From positions 12,696-76,695 of the forward strand of contig JBGTEY010000011.1 of the NCBI GenBank assembly GCA_041747555.1: 64,000 nt of DNA, read 5' to 3'. Below, piece by piece: positions 51,133-60,505 of the stretch. The DNA is from Patescibacteria group bacterium. GTDB lineage: Bacteria; Patescibacteriota; Microgenomatia; UBA1400; PJMF01. The notes beneath the pieces were generated by a model. That model was not told the DNA's origin and searched no databases. It worked only from the letters and a program-made list of their open reading frames with translations. How positions within the stretch are numbered: position 1 is the stretch's first letter; every line of letters starts with the position of its first letter. Made by a program: the position numbers and the translations under genes.

Positions 51133-51831
51133 ATGCAAAAAAATAACTCATCAAAACTAGAATCATTTACCGTATTTCATGCCAATTCAGAAGAATATCA
51201 TCAGCTGAAACAAGAAATTTTTACCAAAGACACCTACTATTTTGAATCCGACTCCCCTGCCCCACGAATTATTGACGCGGGCGCACACATTGGGGTTGCA
51301 ACGCTGTATTTTAAAAAATTATACCCAGAGGCAATAATTACCGCCATTGAGCCGAATCCGATTAGTTTTGAACTCTTGGAACAAAATATATTTGAAAATC
51401 AGCTCTCCTTTGTTGATGCTCATCAATGCGCGCTTGGCGAAACACAGGGAAAAACAACCTACTACCGAGACAAAACAAAAAACCAGTGGCACAGCACGGG
51501 CGGATTTATCGATGGTGCGTGGACCAATCAACAAGAATCAGAAGCATTGCCCGTCATGACCCACACCCTCGCCGAATTCATTACCGAGCCTATTGATTTT
51601 CTCAAAATGGACATCGAGGGCGCCGAGCAAGCTACACTGGCAGCGGCTGGTGACTCTCTAAGGATGGTTGGAGAGTTGATTGTCGAATTTCACCCCCACC
51701 GTACTCAATCTCTTGAGGACATGCTGAAAATTCTTGATCCTTATTATAAAACCACGCTCTACAAAGACGGCAAAGAAGTCGTCTTTACTCAGGCTCGCGG
51801 GTTGGTGCATATTCATGGGCTTGCGAAGTAA
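51133..51831 (+). CDS. FkbM-family SAM-dependent methyltransferase
   Basis: IIDAGAHIGVATLYF (SAM motif I) and LKMDIEGAE are characteristic of the Methyltransf_21/FkbM family. Confidence 0.75.
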   Translation: MQKNNSSKLESFTVFHANSEEYHQLKQEIFTKDTYYFESDSPAPRIIDAGAHIGVATLYFKKLYPEAIITAIEPNPISFELLEQNIFENQLSFVDAHQCALGETQGKTTYYRDKTKNQWHSTGGFIDGAWTNQQESEALPVMTHTLAEFITEPIDFLKMDIEGAEQATLAAAGDSLRMVGELIVEFHPHRTQSLEDMLKILDPYYKTTLYKDGKEVVFTQARGLVHIHGLAK

Positions 51832-51895
51832 AAGGTGCAGAAAATCAGCGATTGGTCACTGAGAGCCCAATTAGTTCGCGCCGATAATCCGCATC

Positions 51896-53209
51896 TTAAG
51901 GCTTGAAAAGCGGGAATTTCAGTGCCATTTTGGTCACTTCTTTCCTAATTTCGAGCAAAAAAGGATCTGCAGTAGCTTTTTTCTTGAACTTACTTAAAAA
52001 TCCAGCCCATTTTTTTTGATCAGAGGGTAGTTTTTCCTCTGAAACATGCTCAATAACTTGTGCGATCCAGCCGGCAATTTTCTGCATTTCTGGCTCTTTC
52101 ATGCCTCGAGTTGTAACAAGCGGTGTGCCAATTCTGACACCTGATGGATAAAATGGTGAGCACGGCTCATGCGGAACTGTGTTTTTGTTGGCGTACATGC
52201 CTGCCACATCCATAGCAAATGCAACTTGGGTGCCGTGGCCTGGCGCAATTCCCGTCAAATCAATAAGCATCAGGTGAGTTTCAGTCCCGTCTCCGACGAG
52301 TTTGACGCCGTGTTTCATGAGTTCATCCGCAAGTGCTGTGGCGTTTTTTCTGATTTGCGTTGCGTATTTTTTAAATTGTGGAGCACTTGCCTCCTCTGCC
52401 GCAATCGCAATCGCCGCAGTTGTCGCATTGTGGGGACCACCTTGCAAGCCAGGGATGATGGCTGAGTCTATCTTGTCTCCTAATTTGGGATCTTTCTTCA
52501 TTCCTCGTTTGGTCACGAGAATCATTGCGCCTCGTGGACCACGAAAAGTCTTGTGCGTGGTCGACATAATCACATCAGCGTATGGCACCGGCGACATGTG
52601 TGCTCCGCCAATCACGAGACCCGTGATGTGAGAAATATCTGCCATCAACCAAGCGCCAACTTCATCAGCTATTTTTCTGAATTCTTTAAAATTGAGTTCA
52701 AAGGGATACGCAGTATTGCCCGCGACAATAACTTTGGGCGTATGTTTTTTTGCTAGTGCGCGAACCTCCTTAAAATCTATCCGAGCATTTTTGTCTAAAC
52801 CATACTGAACGGCATTGTAAAATCTACCTGAAGCTGTAACCCGAGGGTGCCCGTGGGTCAAATGTCCCCCCATTGCCAGCTTGAGACCCATCAGAGTGTC
52901 GCCTGGCTCCATAAGTGCAAAGTAGATAGCGGCGTTGGCTGGGGAGCCCGAATACGGCTGTACGTTGGCATAAGGCACGTCGAAGAGTTTGCATACACGG
53001 TTGATGGCTTCGCGCTCAATCTCATCAATGAATTCATTGCCCTCGTAAAATCGCTTACCGGCGTAGCCTTCTGAGTATTTGCTCGAGAGACAGCTGGATA
53101 GTACGGCAGAAACTTCTGGCGAGATATTATTTTCGGATGGAATTAAACCGATCATTTCGGTTTGGCGTTTTTTTTCTTGTTCGATGAGTTTGGTTATTTT
53201 TTTGGACAT
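51896..53209 (-). CDS. glyA: Serine hydroxymethyltransferase
   Basis: PLP-Lys region TTHKTFRGPRGAMIL and HLTHGHPRVTASG. The start was moved to Met22 (MSKKITKLIEQEKKRQ). Confidence 0.93.
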   Translation of the reverse strand: MSKKITKLIEQEKKRQTEMIGLIPSENNISPEVSAVLSSCLSSKYSEGYAGKRFYEGNEFIDEIEREAINRVCKLFDVPYANVQPYSGSPANAAIYFALMEPGDTLMGLKLAMGGHLTHGHPRVTASGRFYNAVQYGLDKNARIDFKEVRALAKKHTPKVIVAGNTAYPFELNFKEFRKIADEVGAWLMADISHITGLVIGGAHMSPVPYADVIMSTTHKTFRGPRGAMILVTKRGMKKDPKLGDKIDSAIIPGLQGGPHNATTAAIAIAAEEASAPQFKKYATQIRKNATALADELMKHGVKLVGDGTETHLMLIDLTGIAPGHGTQVAFAMDVAGMYANKNTVPHEPCSPFYPSGVRIGTPLVTTRGMKEPEMQKIAGWIAQVIEHVSEEKLPSDQKKWAGFLSKFKKKATADPFLLEIRKEVTKMALKFPLFKP

Positions 53210-53388
53210 GTGACTTTCGTGAAGTAGTACGTTTGTAAGGAAAAACCACAAAAAGCTGCGGATGTAGTTCAAAAAAAACCAACTTACAGTGTAGAAAATG
53301 ACACCTGGAATGTAAAATGCGCGCTGATCATGATACTGCCTTTTTGCTCATACACGGTATACTATATCATGCCGCAACAGAAAAAAGC

Positions 53389-54033
53389 ATGACCCCCACT
53401 AGAAAAAAACAACACTTCCAGAATTACCTCATCCACCCCAAAGCAGAGCGTGTACTGAGGCAAATTATCCTCAAGGACCTCGTATCAGCTCGAGGTAGTT
53501 ACGACAGGCAGCATACTGAAGCAGTAGTGTACTGGATGAAATACCTTCTGCAGCATGAACCGCTCTGTGCCGAGCTAGATAGCAGCGTCCTGATCACCGC
53601 GGCCTACGCACATGATTGGGGGTGGTCTGGAGTATTTTCTCAATCTAATCCTTCATACAAAGAGATGCTCAGCAAAAAATCACTACACATGAAAATCTCT
53701 GCCGATCGCATTTCGGAACTTCTCTACAATCGCCTCCGCTCTTTCTATACAGAAAAACAGCGGATTCGCATCATTCACCTCGTTGCAAATCATGATCGCA
53801 TTAATTTCTTACAAGACGCTGACGAATTTACACTGCTTGAGGCTGATACGCTGGGAATGATTGATGGGAGTCGAGTGGATTCGACACTAACGGCAAAGGA
53901 AAATGCACGTTTTATGAAAAATAGTATTTATGGCAAGCGATTGCCACGATTTATTCATGGAACAGCCACTAGGATTGCTCAGGACCTAATTGAGAAACGT
54001 GAGCACTATTATCCGGGAATTGGTGGAGGTTGA
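53389..54033 (+). CDS. HD-superfamily phosphohydrolase
   Basis: H...HD...H...D spacing (QHTEAV, AAYAHDWGW, HLVANHD, EADTLGMID). An alternative start is 53317. Confidence 0.55.
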   Translation: MTPTRKKQHFQNYLIHPKAERVLRQIILKDLVSARGSYDRQHTEAVVYWMKYLLQHEPLCAELDSSVLITAAYAHDWGWSGVFSQSNPSYKEMLSKKSLHMKISADRISELLYNRLRSFYTEKQRIRIIHLVANHDRINFLQDADEFTLLEADTLGMIDGSRVDSTLTAKENARFMKNSIYGKRLPRFIHGTATRIAQDLIEKREHYYPGIGGG

Positions 54034-55475
54034 GCGTCATCCTCGTCCGGCATTTGAATAAGCATAAGTGTTACAATTGCGTTCTCCTCGAGCCACTGCC
54101 ACACAATTAATCCGATTTCTGAACATGAGCTTTGGACCTTTTCATAAATTGAGTTTAGTAATTGGGACATGAACCTGTGATCGTTGTGGTTTTCATCACG
54201 TTCTCCAGCACTGTTTAGTTTTTTTCTAATCACAGACATGAGCTGGACTATTCCAGCGCCGATGGTTTTTCTTAGCTGAGTAATGGTAGCTGCTGATTCC
54301 TCACTCTCCCCCATCATGGACTCAAGCTGTTTTTCTGCATGTAAAATGGCGTCGATGTTGTCATTGATAGCTTGACCTTTCTTTGCGCGCATTAACTCAT
54401 TTCCTGCCAGTGAGTACTCGAGACACATCCCCATCTCGTACAAGGTTCGACCTAGTGACCCCGCAAGGACTCGATACAGTGTGTTGCATTCTTCAAATCC
54501 TTCGATCTCAACCATATGATCGATCAGTAATCGAGCTGCTCTGGCATTTTCAACGATAAATTGTGGATTTCCACCTGCCCCTACGTCTGCCATTGTAAGC
54601 AAAATGAAATGGTGCAGTGAGGTAAGTAATTGTTGATTTAGATTCTCAAGTTCTGCTTCGTCTCCTTGCTCAATTGCTTCAGCGCGATCTTTATAAAACG
54701 GTGACATCATGATAGCAGCGAGCTCTGGTGTATCCACAATATTCTTTGCATGTAGCTCTGGAGCATGATGCAGTGCCACCGGTGCAGTAAATATCCTTCT
54801 ACCCTCTGGGGTTGCCAAATTTAATGAGGAAAACAACTCAGAAACACCCGGTTGTGGATGATCATTGAGAGCGCTCGACTGTGACGCCCGAAACAATAAC
54901 TCGTCAAGTATGTGAGCACCTATAAATGAGTGATCTTGAGTAAAGTCATCCACTAGCTTAAACGTTGCGCCGTCGCTTTGGTCTAGTTGCGCGATAAAGT
55001 ATTTTCCAATATCGTGAAGAATGGTTTCCAGCCGCTGAATAGTTCGATGATATTGAGGATTTATTTCACCAGACGGATCGTCTGCTAATCGACTCACTTT
55101 AAGTACATGCTCGAGCGTACTCTCAAGTCTGCTGCTAAAAGTTAACGTTAAATTTTTGAACAGGGGTGAACGCGCAACTAATTTGGCATACATTGCATTG
55201 AGGTGTTGAGACCTATACTCAGGTCCCGAAACATTTGAAGTTTCTAAGATTTTGGCGAGTAAAGCTATAAAACCTTCAACGTCTGCTTCTAATGTATTCC
55301 ACGTAACACCCAAAGTATTATCGGCTCTTCTGTAAAACTCTGCATTTTTTTGTTTGAGAATTCTTTCAAATCTACGAAGTGCCGGCAATTTGTCTGATTC
55401 AAGCAAGTATAATCGGCGAATTTCCTCGACTTTTCGCGCGGGATTGAGGCCTTCAAGAGATGGGCTACTCGCCAT
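54009..55475 (-). CDS. HD-domain protein (HDIGK motif) with long helical C-terminal region
   Basis: LETILHDIGKYF...HSFIGAHILDELL fits HD hydrolases of the CCA-enzyme/YqeK type. 488 aa. The 3' end overlaps the convergent HD gene by 25 nt. GGGGG lies 8 nt before the ATG. Confidence 0.55.
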   Translation of the reverse strand: MASSPSLEGLNPARKVEEIRRLYLLESDKLPALRRFERILKQKNAEFYRRADNTLGVTWNTLEADVEGFIALLAKILETSNVSGPEYRSQHLNAMYAKLVARSPLFKNLTLTFSSRLESTLEHVLKVSRLADDPSGEINPQYHRTIQRLETILHDIGKYFIAQLDQSDGATFKLVDDFTQDHSFIGAHILDELLFRASQSSALNDHPQPGVSELFSSLNLATPEGRRIFTAPVALHHAPELHAKNIVDTPELAAIMMSPFYKDRAEAIEQGDEAELENLNQQLLTSLHHFILLTMADVGAGGNPQFIVENARAARLLIDHMVEIEGFEECNTLYRVLAGSLGRTLYEMGMCLEYSLAGNELMRAKKGQAINDNIDAILHAEKQLESMMGESEESAATITQLRKTIGAGIVQLMSVIRKKLNSAGERDENHNDHRFMSQLLNSIYEKVQSSCSEIGLIVWQWLEENAIVTLMLIQMPDEDDAQPPPIPG

Positions 55476-55490
55476 ATATACCCCCTAGAA

Positions 55491-55519
55491 CGCAAAAGCG
55501 CGCCTTTGGCGCGCTCTCT
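55491..55519 (-). terminator. Intrinsic terminator-like hairpin on the minus strand, 15 nt upstream of the HD gene start
   Basis: Minus-strand RNA: GCGCGCC-AAAG-GCGCGC followed by UUUUGCGUU. A 7-bp GC stem plus a U tract. Confidence 0.5.
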
Positions 55520-55769
55520 CCTTCAGATTTCAATTTGCATTGAATCTTAAAAATAGTCAGATAGTTCTTTTCAAACTTCCTCATACTATAAAAAAACACT
55601 TGTGGCTTTCGGCTCAACTTGGTTTCCCTTCCTGACTTTCGTCATTCAGTTTCGTTACTTGGGAGCGAAAACGACTAAGTGTTTCCGTCCTTGTTTTGTA
55701 TGTAAGTAATGTGTAATTGTACGTATTCTGCTTAATGAAAGCAAGTAGCAATTTTATGCGCTGATTCGG

Positions 55770-56432
55770 TCAGATTTTGGCCAGAATTGCTTTTAAAATC
55801 CTTGGATTGAACTGCATTGCGTGCAATCTTGATGCGATTTCATCCATCTCAATCCCCTGCTCTTTCCAACGAGACGACAAATCATAAACCGTTTCTTGAA
55901 ACTCGTAGGGAAAAATTACCCATAATACTGTTTCTGCACTGTAAAAATCAGGTTGAATGCTGGAATGGGGCTTAAAGAAAACCGTGGCTGTTGTGATCTG
56001 TGTAACGCCCTGCTCTTTGAGGTGATCAAGGGTAAATTGGAGCGACTGACCGGTATCTGCGATGTCGTCAAACAGTAGTATATGTTCGCTCGGGTCGAGT
56101 GGAGGCAACGCTTGATATACGGCAATATCACTCGATTGGTTCGAGATGCCATCATAGGTTCTGACGCCAAAACTCGCAACGGGAACACCGCCCAAGAAAT
56201 CAGACAGACTTCTCGCCATCGGCCAGCCACCTTTGGCCAAGGTAATGATTCTATCAATTGGATGCAATGATGTATGATTCGATATTTTCTGCGCAAGAGA
56301 AAAAACCTCTGCTTCAAGCTGAGCCCAGGTCAAACATAAGAATCTGATCGATTCATTTGGAAAGGTTACCTCGGAAAAAATAGTCTGCTCTGCAGCACCA
56401 TTTTCTTCGTTGTCATGATGCATATCGTGCAT
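55770..56432 (-). CDS. gpt: Xanthine-guanine phosphoribosyltransferase-like (type I PRTase)
   Basis: PRPP-binding LLFDDIADTGQSL. The layout parallels E. coli Gpt (VTWDML.../IAVSRGG/IDDLVDTGGT/FAKP). Confidence 0.7.
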   Translation of the reverse strand: MHDMHHDNEENGAAEQTIFSEVTFPNESIRFLCLTWAQLEAEVFSLAQKISNHTSLHPIDRIITLAKGGWPMARSLSDFLGGVPVASFGVRTYDGISNQSSDIAVYQALPPLDPSEHILLFDDIADTGQSLQFTLDHLKEQGVTQITTATVFFKPHSSIQPDFYSAETVLWVIFPYEFQETVYDLSSRWKEQGIEMDEIASRLHAMQFNPRILKAILAKI

Positions 56433-56476
56433 ATCAAGTTATCGTACTGATCGAAATGCTAGACTGCAAGTGACAG

Positions 56477-57364
56477 TTAGTTTGTGCTTTGATCGCTCGC
56501 TTGGTTTTTTAAAAATGCGAGTGTTCCCTGCAATTCTTGAGATAACGGCACTTCAACACTCTTTGTATCGCCCGTTCTTGGATGTAAAAATGTAATTTCA
56601 GCAGCATGAAGAAATAATCGCTCGCACCAGATTTTATCTTGTTTTACCCGTCTTTTTCCTCCATATATTTGGTCAGAAACTATCGGGTGTTGTAGCTGTG
56701 CCAAATGCACACGGAGTTGATGCGTTCGACCTGTTTTTGGATGGCATTCTACCAGTGAATACCCCTGCTCCGTTATTCCCGCACGATTATTTTGCTGTGC
56801 TCGATCTGATTTTCTACCTTCTTGTGACAAAGTTTCATAAAATTCAAGCACTTCATAACCCGTCACCGCAGGTCTCCCGGTAGGATCAATGGCCATTTTT
56901 TTTCTATCAAATTGACTTCTACCCAAAGGTAGTGAAATGGTGCCTGTTTCACTTGCAAAGCGTCCATGACAGAGCGCAAGATATGTTTTAAACACCGTTC
57001 TTTTTTGAAACTGTGACAACAGTGATACTAGTGCCCCAGGATTTTTAGCCCAAAGCAATGCGCCACTCGTTTCTCGATCTAATCGATGCACCATGCCGTC
57101 TCTTTGTGTAAAAATTTCTGTTGGCGAACCATATTCTGAAGTAAAATCTGCGGGCAACAGGCTTTCCCAATCAGACTGCTCATCAGAAATAGCATCACTG
57201 CCAAACTGCCCAACGATATAATCCCGCACTGCGGTCTGCAGCGTCACGCCCTGGACTGATTCTGCGTCATTTACCACCAAGCCCGCTGGCTTATCAAGAA
57301 CCAGCATGTCAGCATCCTCATACATAATCGGAATTGCTTGTGTTGGATGGGGAATATGGCTCAT
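56477..57364 (-). CDS. RluA-family pseudouridine synthase (RluD-like)
   Basis: Catalytic HRLDRETSG motif. Overlaps lspA by 4 nt. Confidence 0.85.
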   Translation of the reverse strand: MSHIPHPTQAIPIMYEDADMLVLDKPAGLVVNDAESVQGVTLQTAVRDYIVGQFGSDAISDEQSDWESLLPADFTSEYGSPTEIFTQRDGMVHRLDRETSGALLWAKNPGALVSLLSQFQKRTVFKTYLALCHGRFASETGTISLPLGRSQFDRKKMAIDPTGRPAVTGYEVLEFYETLSQEGRKSDRAQQNNRAGITEQGYSLVECHPKTGRTHQLRVHLAQLQHPIVSDQIYGGKRRVKQDKIWCERLFLHAAEITFLHPRTGDTKSVEVPLSQELQGTLAFLKNQASDQSTN

Positions 57365-57795
57365 CGTTCCCTAAAAACAATAATAGCTAAAGTAGTCACT
57401 ATCACAATATCTGCCAAATTATTGCGAACCCCTACTAATGGCATTGGTAGCCAATCACGCACCCCTCCAAAAATAATCCTATCCAGGATATTCGATGCGA
57501 CAGCTCCCCAGAATATTCCCGAGATTATCAAATTTTTCTGCCAAACATCTCTAAAATAAACCAAAATCCCAATCGTGACCGCCATAACCAAAAAGAGCGT
57601 AAATATTTCTGGGAGCGCAGTTCCAATTCCAAATGAAATACCCCTATTTATGGTGGTATCAAAGCCATTTTGATCAGCAAGCCACTTGGAAGTCTGATCA
57701 AGAATTAGCAGTACTATCCCAGCCAGCACGCTCAGAACGAGCGGAGAATTTCTAAACGTTTGTACGTAACTATGATTCATGGGTAAACTGCTCAA
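57361..57795 (-). CDS. lspA: Lipoprotein signal peptidase (signal peptidase II)
   Basis: NRGISFGI and FGGVRDWL motifs, four TM helices. 144 aa. Confidence 0.85.
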   Translation of the reverse strand: MSSLPMNHSYVQTFRNSPLVLSVLAGIVLLILDQTSKWLADQNGFDTTINRGISFGIGTALPEIFTLFLVMAVTIGILVYFRDVWQKNLIISGIFWGAVASNILDRIIFGGVRDWLPMPLVGVRNNLADIVIVTTLAIIVFRER

Positions 57796-58603
57796 TTTTT
57801 ATCTTCTTAGGTCGCTTTTTTTTCAAAAATCCAATTACTCTCCCTGATCGAACATATAACAAACTAAGTCCAAACAACAGAAACACCACCAATGCCGTGC
57901 GCTCTAGAAATAACCCACCAATAGCAATTCTACTCGGTCGAATTACCGTCATGCCAAGCTCAATAACACTACTTAAAATTACAAACATCGCAAACACAAA
58001 CCCCGTCTGAGCTGTTTTCTTCCCTGATCGGTACCAAGAAAAAGTTCGATATCGGTACTCTACTCGAGATAAAAACCAAAATAATCCGCCATACGCCAGT
58101 GCCAAGTACAACTGCACCGGGTGCGCGGGCTCAAAAAGGCTCGGAAACTGCACTCCCCAAGGCATGGTTGTCGTGTAGCCACTCCCCCCACCTTGAAAAA
58201 ATTGCCCAATATTGACAAAAATCAACCCAATTGCCATAGCAGTTGCCCAAAAATCAAGTATCTCAAATTCATCCCATTTTTGCGCTCTACATCGCTTAAA
58301 AAGAACAATTGAAGCAACTATTGAGCCAGAAAAACTATCAAATCCCGGACTCCGAATCACGTCAAACCACTGCAACACATTAAAACCAAATTGTGGAAAA
58401 TTCAATGCAATATACCCAATTCGACTTGCCAATCCTCCAACCAACACCGCAATAAAAAACGCATCAAACAACTGCTCCTCGCTGTAGTGCTCTTCTCGAC
58501 CTCGGCGCCAAAACACAAAGCTCGCCGCAAAAAATCCAAGCAACGCAAACAAGGTCATCGTTCTGAAGGCAATCGGACCAATTGTAAATAATATCGGAAA
58601 CAT
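57770..58603 (-). CDS. lgt: Prolipoprotein diacylglyceryl transferase
   Basis: Lgt signature region with conserved R/G residues in a polytopic protein. Operonic with lspA. Confidence 0.85.
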   Translation of the reverse strand: MFPILFTIGPIAFRTMTLFALLGFFAASFVFWRRGREEHYSEEQLFDAFFIAVLVGGLASRIGYIALNFPQFGFNVLQWFDVIRSPGFDSFSGSIVASIVLFKRCRAQKWDEFEILDFWATAMAIGLIFVNIGQFFQGGGSGYTTTMPWGVQFPSLFEPAHPVQLYLALAYGGLFWFLSRVEYRYRTFSWYRSGKKTAQTGFVFAMFVILSSVIELGMTVIRPSRIAIGGLFLERTALVVFLLFGLSLLYVRSGRVIGFLKKKRPKKIKIEQFTHES

Positions 58604-58660
58604 AGTACCGTTGATTATACCGTTAGCTTCTCATCATGCACAGCTGATATACTACAAAAC

Positions 58661-59107
58661 ATGCTTTCTATCCCACATACCCTTACTGGCGCATTTTTAG
58701 CAAGTCGTCTTCCCCACCCTGCACTTTATATTCCTCTTACCCTTGGTATGCACTATCTTCAGGATTGGATTCCGCATTGGGATGTGGGGACGGGTTTATC
58801 ATCTGGAAAACGCAAGCGCAGTACGGCAATTTTACTTGAATTGGTCGAATTAGGAATTTCCGCGTATCTAGTACATCTCTTTTTCATAACCAGCAATCCA
58901 GAGCTCAGCCTTCATATTTGGGCAGGTGCACTCACGGGCATTGCCCCAGATTTGCTCGAATCACCAAGGAATTTCTTAAGATGGGAACCGTTCTTTCTCA
59001 AACCAATCAACGCGTTTCATGCTATGTTTCATCATTCTACGCCGTCAATGGTGATTGGGTTGTTGCCGCAGGTGGTGTTGGTTATTGTCTTATGGTTTCT
59101 AAGATAA
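58661..59107 (+). CDS. Hypothetical small membrane protein (His-rich)
   Basis: 148 aa with ~4 TM helices and several conserved-looking His (HYLQDWIPHW, HAMFHH). No family was recognised. Confidence 0.45.
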   Translation: MLSIPHTLTGAFLASRLPHPALYIPLTLGMHYLQDWIPHWDVGTGLSSGKRKRSTAILLELVELGISAYLVHLFFITSNPELSLHIWAGALTGIAPDLLESPRNFLRWEPFFLKPINAFHAMFHHSTPSMVIGLLPQVVLVIVLWFLR

Positions 59108-59121
59108 AACTAAAAAACAGT

Positions 59122-60051
59122 TCACGCATGCTTCTCTAAAAACCTGTCAAAAGCCATCTCTCGAATGGTTGCACCTTCAGCTGTAAAATCATGTCCACTC
59201 GAGGTGGCAATGACAAATTCTGAATTATTATGCGTTGTGGCAAGCTCATGTGCTTTCTGAATTGGACAAAGAATGTCATACCGACCGTGAACAATAACCA
59301 TTGGTATATTCTTAATTTTTTCAATATTCTTCAAAATAAAATTGTCGGGAATAAATGCTGAATTCATTTCATAGTGAACGAATATTTTAACCGATGCAAT
59401 GTCTGCATCTGAAATATCCTCTGGGTTGGTATATGAAATTGGTGAAAGTGAAGAAAATAAATTATTCTCCCAATTTTGCACGCCAGCCGCAATTTCTTTT
59501 TGCTCGGCAGGGCTTGCTGCCTCAAGTTCTCTCAAAATATCTTCATTTTGCGTTTCAACTTGTATGTTAAATCGTTTAAAAAATGCCATTCGTTTTTCCC
59601 ACACATCTGGCAGAAGGCGCGAAGCACCGTGCTCTTGAGTCATTGCCCACTCAACAGAATCTCGATCAGCCAAAAATACGGCAGATATTAGAATACCCCG
59701 AGTTTTTTTGGGATGCTGAATTGCATACAACAATGCCAGTGTCGAACCCCAACTAGATCCAGCTACAAACCAAGTTTTTATATCAAGTTGTTCTCTTATT
59801 CGCTCTGCATCTGCTAACAAATCTTCCGTTGTATTGTGTTCGAGTTTTCCGAGAGGCGTACTTTTGCCACACCCACGCTGGTCAAACAAAATAACTCGGT
59901 ATTTTTTTAGATCAAACCGCTCTGCGTGCGCAGGCTTACTCCTTGAGCCAGGACCGCCATGAAAGGAAAGGATTGCAGGACCATCAAGATTTCCGTGTTC
60001 AGAAAAAGAAACACTGTGGCCGTTATTTTCTGGAAGTGTGTGAATGTTCAT
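59122..60051 (-). CDS. pip: Proline iminopeptidase-like alpha/beta hydrolase (S33)
   Basis: HGGPGSRS oxyanion motif, nucleophile elbow GSSWGS, and RVILFDQRGCGKSTP. The start was moved to Met51 (MNIHTLPENN) because the track's N-terminal extension runs through tRNA-Leu. Confidence 0.75.
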   Translation of the reverse strand: MNIHTLPENNGHSVSFSEHGNLDGPAILSFHGGPGSRSKPAHAERFDLKKYRVILFDQRGCGKSTPLGKLEHNTTEDLLADAERIREQLDIKTWFVAGSSWGSTLALLYAIQHPKKTRGILISAVFLADRDSVEWAMTQEHGASRLLPDVWEKRMAFFKRFNIQVETQNEDILRELEAASPAEQKEIAAGVQNWENNLFSSLSPISYTNPEDISDADIASVKIFVHYEMNSAFIPDNFILKNIEKIKNIPMVIVHGRYDILCPIQKAHELATTHNNSEFVIATSSGHDFTAEGATIREMAFDRFLEKHA

Positions 60052-60064
60052 GCACTTTTGGTAA

Positions 60065-60148
60065 TTTTTACCGTGCCTCGGGTGGGACTCGAACCCACAA
60101 GGTCGTGAAACCATGAGTTTTTGAGACTCACGCGTATACCAATTCCGC
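60065..60148 (-). tRNA. tRNA-Leu (anticodon CAA), class II with long variable arm
   Basis: Reverse complement: GCCUCGGUGGCGGAAUUGGUAUACGCGUGAGUCUCAAAAACUCAUGGUUUCACGACCUUGUGGGUUCGAGUCCCACCCGAGGCA. 7-bp acceptor stem, CAA anticodon in the loop CUCAAAA, a 14-nt variable arm, T-loop UUCGAGU, and discriminator A. Confidence 0.85.
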
Positions 60149-60242
60149 CACCGAGGCAATTTGTATGTCTTTTGATCGACAATGGAATAATTATACCTCA
60201 AGCTAGCTTGCTTTTTTAGGGGAATTCAGGCATTATTAATAC

Positions 60243-60479
60243 ATGGAAAGCCTCGAGTTGATTGCGACGTCAATTTTTTCACCAAATAGCATCTGGTCTG
60301 TAGTTGCCAGGGGTGTTGTGTGGCTACTTGTTGCGGTGGTGATTATTGTCAGCACTGACGCACCCGACCCCGTCCAGTCACTCAAAGACCTCAAGTCAAA
60401 CTTAGGGTTTTTTCTGATGTTTTTGATACTCTCTGGTGGACTCGTGTATTTGTTGTTTAGTTATGCCCCAGCGGCGTAA
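60243..60479 (+). CDS. Hypothetical small two-TM membrane protein
   Basis: 78 aa with two hydrophobic helices. Isolated between the tRNA and dnaB. Weak support. Confidence 0.3.
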   Translation: MESLELIATSIFSPNSIWSVVARGVVWLLVAVVIIVSTDAPDPVQSLKDLKSNLGFFLMFLILSGGLVYLLFSYAPAA

Positions 60480-60505
60480 TTTTTTGCTTTTTTCGATCTG
60501 GTTTT

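Noticed and set aside
59122-60201. Track ORF of 359 aa whose first 50 codons run through the tRNA-Leu gene
   Set aside because: The N-terminal extension (MRYNYSIVDQ...) is the reverse-strand reading of the tRNA. The genuine alpha/beta hydrolase starts at Met51 (MNIHTLPENN), so the CDS was trimmed to 59122..60051.
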